Shown in pieces: positions 63,749 to 64,000 of a stretch of DNA of 64,000 nucleotides. Position 1 is the stretch's first letter; every line of letters starts with the position of its first letter. The stretch covers positions 17,469,794-17,533,793 of the forward strand of contig NC_068993.1 in the NCBI RefSeq assembly GCF_001194135.2, written 5' to 3'. Below the pieces are notes generated by a model that saw only the letters and a list, made by a program, of their open reading frames with translations, ran no database searches and was not told where the DNA came from. Position numbers and translations under genes: made by a program. This DNA is from Octopus bimaculoides. Lineage: Eukaryota.

Positions 63749-64000
63749 TGTATATACACACACGCATCCAAACACACGTATACATATGTATATCAAAATA
63801 AATATATGAAAGTCAATGAAGTTTCGTAAAAGAAGGTGATCATGTACATACTTTCTTGCTGTTGTGATTATAACACCTCATTGTAAACTATGTTCCTTGT
63901 TTTCCCTTGTGGAGCATATACAAATAGGTTTTTTGTTGCTGCCCACTCTTGAGCAGCCAACATACAGTTGTCCATGTGAGAAGCAGGGCTCTTCCAAGAT

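Overview
AT-rich, microsatellite-dense animal genomic DNA from a gapped draft assembly with many N runs. The SINE, LINE and MITE families look like those of Octopus (coleoid cephalopod); this assignment is from recall of repeat sequences, not a database search. One host gene is supported: a + strand NADH-cytochrome b5 reductase-like gene (CYB5RL). Three coding exons (18448-18645, 33712-33845, 37192-37279) have GT-AG junctions and matching phases, and encode the CCGSGC oxidoreductase-like N-terminal domain plus the start of the FAD-binding domain (GQH, RQYTPIS). I could not find the later exons; they lie in a gap or beyond the window. The rest is mostly transposon-derived: an internally deleted Mag-like Ty3/gypsy element, a solo LTR, RTE and R4/Dong-like LINE pieces, Penelope-like relics (one clearly Naiad-like), Tc1 and mariner relics, MITEs/foldbacks, a 91-bp Helitron and several modular tRNA-derived SINE families. 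The most interesting unexplained signals are (i) small repeats carrying minimal hammerhead-ribozyme-like cores, one with a tRNA-derived head and three sharing a non-canonical CUGU core, and (ii) several long inverted repeats, three with unrelated sequences but the same 58-60 bp spacer. No CRISPR array, rRNA or intact tRNA is supported. Most long ORFs in the track are N-gap or microsatellite artefacts.
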